A stretch of 64,000 nt of DNA from an uncultured Clostridium sp. Lineage in GTDB: Bacteria > Bacillota > Clostridia > TANB77 > CAG-508. Under the pieces are notes generated by a model. That model had not been told where the DNA came from, made no database searches, and worked only from the letters and a program-made list of their open reading frames with translations. The stretch's first letter is position 1, and each line of letters begins with the position of its first letter. The translations under genes were made by a program, and so were the position numbers. Positions 59,655-64,000 of the stretch are shown here, in pieces. The stretch is from the NCBI GenBank assembly GCA_947571115.1, contig CANOWW010000010.1:6142-70141 (forward strand). The letters are read 5' to 3'.

Positions 59655-61475
59655 AATCATAGGATTTCTCTTGGTTGTTTTATAAATGTATTCTCGCAAA
59701 GAGTCACGAATGGCACTCTTTATCGTGCTCCAATCTGTAATGCTGTTAGCAACACATCTATCAATTTCCTTGCGGATAACAACTTTTACGTCATCCATCA
59801 AATTTTCCGACTCGCGCACATACACAAAACCTCTTGAAATCAAATCTGGACCTGCCACCACTTCGCCAGTAGCCGAGTCCATTGTCAAAACCACAATAAT
59901 CAAGCCATCTTGCGACAAATGTTGACGGTCACGTAGCACAATATTCCCAACATCACCAACGCCTAAACCATCCACCATAACCTTGCCAAATGGCACCGTT
60001 CCTGCAAGCCTTGCACGTTTATCATCCATTTCTAAAACGCGCCCATTTGTCATTAGGAAAATATTTTTAGGATTCACTCCCATTAATTTCGCTGTCTCGC
60101 TATGGGCAATCAAATGACGATATTCTCCATGCACTGGAATAAAATATTTTGGTTTCACAAGCGCAAGCATCAATTTTTGCTCCTCTTGGCAAGCATGTCC
60201 AGATACATGGACATCAGCAAGCGAACTATACACAACTTCTGCGCCAATTTTCATCAAATCGTCAATCACTTTTGCCACAAATTTTTCATTGCCCGGAATT
60301 GGCGTGGCTGAAATAATTACCAAATCATTGGCAGAAATATGCACTTTCTTATGTTCACCAGTCGCCATTCTCGTAAGAGCTGACATCGGCTCACCTTGGC
60401 TACCTGTCGTGATAATTACAAGTTGCTCATCTGTGTAATTTCCAATCATATCAATATCAATAAATACATTTTTAGGCACGTCAATATAACCAAGTTGCAT
60501 CGCTGTTTCAATCATATTGACCATGCTTCTACCAGAAACCGCAATTTTTCTATCGTTCGCAACCGCTGAGTTGACAATTTGCTGAATACGGTAAACATTG
60601 GAAGCAAATGTTGCCACAACAATCCTTTTTTTGCAATTGATAAATAATTTGTCAAACACCTCTCCAACCGTGCGTTCTGACATCGTATATCCTTTTCGCT
60701 CCGAATTTGTACTATCTGACATAAGCGCCAAAACGCCTTGATTTCCAAGTTCCGCCAAACGCCCAAAATCCATAGTGTCATCATTAATTGGCGTATAATC
60801 AATTTTAAAATCTCCTGTATGCACAATCACACCAACTGGTGTATGAATGGCAAGAGCTACCGCATCTGGAATACTATGACAACTTTTGATAAACTCAATC
60901 TTAAATTTGCCAAGCTCAACTGTGTCTCCTTGTTTGACAGTGTGCATTTTCGTTTGTTTGGTCAAACGATGTTCTTCTAACTTATTTTTAATTAGACCAA
61001 CTGTCAATTTTGTCGCATAAATTGGCACATTGACTTGTTTCAAAAAATACGGAATTGAACCAATATGGTCCTCGTGCCCATGGGTTATGACCAAACCTCG
61101 AATGCGGTCCTTATTTTTAACCAAATACGTAAAATCTGGAATAACCAAATCAATTCCTAGCATGTCGTCCTCTGGAAAAGAAACGCCACAATCTACCAAA
61201 ATAATGTCATTTTCATATTCAAAAACTGTAATATTTTTACCAACCTCTTGAAGTCCACCAAGTGGAATAATTTTCAATTTATTTTTCTTAAAAATCTCTC
61301 CTTCCTTTCTCGGCATATTTTCTCTTTTCATCATTGTTTCCCTAGGTTTTCTTGGCATTCTTGTATTCCTTTTAATGCCATTTCTAGGTTCCTTATTTTC
61401 TTCTTTTTTCACAGTAGTTCTCGCACGACCTCTATTTTCCCTACTGCCTACAAATCCTTCTTTTCTTCTTTCCAT
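59631..61475 (-). CDS. rnj: ribonuclease J
   Basis: KLKIIPLGGLQEVGKN, the metallo-beta-lactamase motif ITHGHEDHIG, and beta-CASP and C-terminal domains. The ORF has a basic N-terminal extension of about 65 aa, so the true start may be an internal Met. Confidence 0.9.
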   Translation of the reverse strand: MERRKEGFVGSRENRGRARTTVKKEENKEPRNGIKRNTRMPRKPRETMMKRENMPRKEGEIFKKNKLKIIPLGGLQEVGKNITVFEYENDIILVDCGVSFPEDDMLGIDLVIPDFTYLVKNKDRIRGLVITHGHEDHIGSIPYFLKQVNVPIYATKLTVGLIKNKLEEHRLTKQTKMHTVKQGDTVELGKFKIEFIKSCHSIPDAVALAIHTPVGVIVHTGDFKIDYTPINDDTMDFGRLAELGNQGVLALMSDSTNSERKGYTMSERTVGEVFDKLFINCKKRIVVATFASNVYRIQQIVNSAVANDRKIAVSGRSMVNMIETAMQLGYIDVPKNVFIDIDMIGNYTDEQLVIITTGSQGEPMSALTRMATGEHKKVHISANDLVIISATPIPGNEKFVAKVIDDLMKIGAEVVYSSLADVHVSGHACQEEQKLMLALVKPKYFIPVHGEYRHLIAHSETAKLMGVNPKNIFLMTNGRVLEMDDKRARLAGTVPFGKVMVDGLGVGDVGNIVLRDRQHLSQDGLIIVVLTMDSATGEVVAGPDLISRGFVYVRESENLMDDVKVVIRKEIDRCVANSITDWSTIKSAIRDSLREYIYKTTKRNPMILPIIMEV

Positions 61476-61962
61476 TTTTTCTCTCCTTTTTCTTACGTAT
61501 CAATTTATATAACACAACTTTAATTTATAAAATTTTCCTAACACTAAAAAATCTTTCCTTCTAAATTAAAGAAAGTTTCTCCTATTTATTTTTCCGCACT
61601 TATTTTAACAAATCAAAATTCTAAACAGTATCAATTCCTCTAAATACTGTTTTGCTAAAATTTTTTTATTTTAACCGAACCCATAAATATTTTTTATAAA
61701 TCTCATTCTTGTATCAATAAAATTGATAACTCATGTTAATTATTATAATCTATATTTTCCAAAAAGTCAAGAAATTTATCCAGAAAAAATTTTAGTTTTA
61801 CTCTTGTAATTAATTAAAAACTATGTTACAATATTTTTAATTAATTTTAATTGCTTTTATTCAAAAGCAAAATTTCCAAAATAAAAATTAAAATAAATTC
61901 CTTCTGCATTGGGCGGCTTGGGGTGGGTATTGAAAAATACAAATGAGAAAGGAGGAAGCATC

Positions 61963-62106
61963 ATGATTAACTTGAAGATACATACAGAAGAAAAAACTTT
62001 AAAGTCAGAAAAGCATAAAAATTTAACAATTACATTCGAGAAGAAATCAAATAACAGTTTATTAAAGCAACTTCTTGAGTTGATTAAATCTTGGCTAAAA
62101 AAGTAA
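61963..62106 (+). CDS. possible 47-aa basic amphipathic peptide
   Basis: AAAGGAGGAAG lies 6 nt before ATG 61963 and a strong terminator follows. The C-terminus reads LLKQLLELIKSWLKK. Confidence 0.4.
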   Translation: MINLKIHTEEKTLKSEKHKNLTITFEKKSNNSLLKQLLELIKSWLKK

Positions 62107-62111
62107 AAAGT

Positions 62112-62140
62112 GCAGGTACCCCACGTACCTGCCTTTTTAT
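62112..62140 (+). terminator. rho-independent terminator
   Basis: GCAGGTACcccacGTACCTGC followed by CTTTTTATTTT. Confidence 0.7.
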
Positions 62141-62331
62141 TTTATCGGATACTTTCATGATTAACTTTTTTATCCATATTTATTATACTTCTTTTCTTTT
62201 CTTTTGTCAAGCACTTTTCAAAATTCACTACATTTTTAATTTTCTCTAAAACGCAACATTCTCTCTTGCAATCCTCTAATTTTTATGTTGATTAGGAGTT
62301 AAATAATTCTAAAAGTCCCTCATCATTTTAT

Positions 62332-64000
62332 TTATAACACAATGGTTGGCTGATATTTTTCCAGCCACCTATTTACTTGTATCAAATACGCCATCAGCTG
62401 CGGACCTGTCATCAACTGCCCAAACCACGGTCTTGAAAATGCCTTTCCCTCTGTTTTAATAATCTCCAAAATGTACTCTCGATTTAATAATTGGTTAATC
62501 GGCGCATTCGCATTTTCCATAATCTTGCTTAAAGCTTCCTTTACAATTTTCGTATAATTTGGATTATGCGTTTTTGGATAAGGACTTTTCTTTCGGTTAA
62601 TAATCTCGTCTGGCAAAATATCTTTCATGGCATGCCTCAAAAGCCCTTTCTCTCTTCCCTTGTACGCCTTCATTTCCCACGGAATATTCCAACAATATTC
62701 CACAATTCTATAATCGCAAAACGGAACTCTTACCTCAAAACCGTTGTACATACTCGTTCGGTCAGTTCTGTCTAACAAAGTTTGCATAAACCAATTCGAC
62801 GTCAAATAAATCAATTTTCGTTCCAATTTGTTGATTTCACTATCACTTGCCAAGAACTCCACTTTTGCCAAAGAATTTTGATATTGTTCATCAATATAAG
62901 ATTTCAAATCAATCTTTTTGGCAATTTCTGGATTGAGCAAATTTTGTCTTTCCAAAATCGCAAGTGACCACGGAAATGTCCCACTTTTCAAACTATCCTC
63001 GCGAAAATACCAAGGATAACCACCAAAAATTTCATCCGAACATTCGCCAGAAAGTGCCACTTTTGCCTGCTTTTTGACTTCCCTAAAAAACAACAAATAC
63101 GAACTATCCACATCTGCCATACCCGGAAAGTCCCTTGCCACCATGGCATCTTCCAAGGCATGATACAATTCTGGCGTATCTAAAACAATTTTGTGATGGT
63201 CTGTGTCAAATTTTTTTGCCATCAAATCAATGTAATAATTGTCGCTATTGGGCTGAAAATCACTTTTGACAAAATTTTTGTCTTGGTCCACATAATCAAC
63301 CGAAAAAGTAGCCAATTTTTGTCCATATTTTTCTTTGTAATACTGGCTTGCATACGCCGTAATAATGCTTGAATCCAGCCCTCCTGACAGCAAACAGCAA
63401 AGTGGCACATCAGACACCAGCTGCTTTTCAATCGAATCCTTTAGCAAAAACCTTAAATTTTCGCAAGTCGTCTCCAAATCGTCTGTGTGTTCTTTGGTTT
63501 GCAATTTCCAATATTCTTCTTTTTTGAAACAGTTTTTATGATACACAATAAAATGCGCAGGCTCCAGCTCATCAATCCCCTGAAAAGGGCTAATTCCTGG
63601 TGTATGACTTGGACCAATTCCAAAAAGTTCTGCTATGCCTGTTTTGTCAATCATCGGCTTTGCCATTGGGTGTTCAAAAATGGCTTTGACTTCAGAGGCA
63701 AAAAGCAAATTGTCATTCACAAACGAATAATACAACGGCTTAATTCCAAAATGGTCACGAGCAATAAAGATTTCCTCTTTTTTGCTGTTCCAAATCGCGA
63801 AAGCAAAAATCCCATTCAAATGCGTGCATACATCTTTGCCATAAAAAATATAGCTTTTGAGCAAAACTTCTGTGTCAGAGTGTCCTTTAAATTTGAAACC
63901 ATTGTCAAGCAAAGTCTCTCTTAATTCTTTTGTGTTATACAATTGCCCATTGTACACAATGGTGTATGTAACATCGTCCACTGTAAATTTCATGGGCTGT
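62332..64000 (-). CDS. asnB: asparagine synthase (glutamine-hydrolysing), N-terminus beyond the right window edge
   Basis: (QP)MKFTVDDVTYTIVYNGQLYN is the GATase II region and CLLSGGLDSS is the PP-loop. The frame stays open to nt 64000. Confidence 0.85.
   Translation of the reverse strand, partial: QPMKFTVDDVTYTIVYNGQLYNTKELRETLLDNGFKFKGHSDTEVLLKSYIFYGKDVCTHLNGIFAFAIWNSKKEEIFIARDHFGIKPLYYSFVNDNLLFASEVKAIFEHPMAKPMIDKTGIAELFGIGPSHTPGISPFQGIDELEPAHFIVYHKNCFKKEEYWKLQTKEHTDDLETTCENLRFLLKDSIEKQLVSDVPLCCLLSGGLDSSIITAYASQYYKEKYGQKLATFSVDYVDQDKNFVKSDFQPNSDNYYIDLMAKKFDTDHHKIVLDTPELYHALEDAMVARDFPGMADVDSSYLLFFREVKKQAKVALSGECSDEIFGGYPWYFREDSLKSGTFPWSLAILERQNLLNPEIAKKIDLKSYIDEQYQNSLAKVEFLASDSEINKLERKLIYLTSNWFMQTLLDRTDRTSMYNGFEVRVPFCDYRIVEYCWNIPWEMKAYKGREKGLLRHAMKDILPDEIINRKKSPYPKTHNPNYTKIVKEALSKIMENANAPINQLLNREYILEIIKTEGKAFSRPWFGQLMTGPQLMAYLIQVNRWLEKYQPTIVL

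Overview
AT-rich Firmicutes-type chromosome segment (PolC, SUF Fe-S system, a dockerin-bearing surface protein), with most genes on the minus strand. Core content: a glycolipid operon, asnS, tagO/wecA-like, rpiB, mnmA, a sufCBD-SU cluster interrupted twice, a DtxR-family regulator, hisS, a VanW-like protein, a 1511-aa secreted protein, the polC-rseP-cdsA-uppS-frr-pyrH block, dtd, rnj and partial asnB. RNA genes: tRNA-Pro(UGG), tRNA-Arg(UCU) and an initiator tRNA-fMet. Accessory content: (i) the end of a mobilisable element next to tRNA-Pro, carrying a Mob-like relaxase fragment and a two-gene cassette (nuclease-motif protein plus DUF4238); (ii) a GmrSD-like type IV restriction gene; (iii) a 12.7-kb integrase-bearing island in the 3' end of rnj, bounded by a 20-24 bp direct repeat; (iv) a type I toxin-antitoxin-like locus between sufU and mnmA. 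Most unusual observation: nine ORF-breaking frame changes in eight genes (including polC, sufS and rseP) are all the same event. The upstream frame reaches an in-frame CGG and the conserved protein continues +1 on the overlapping GGN glycine codon. In-frame CGG is otherwise absent from every recognisable gene I checked. This is either a systematic assembly artefact or CGG-triggered +1 recoding; sequence alone cannot decide. No CRISPR array was seen.
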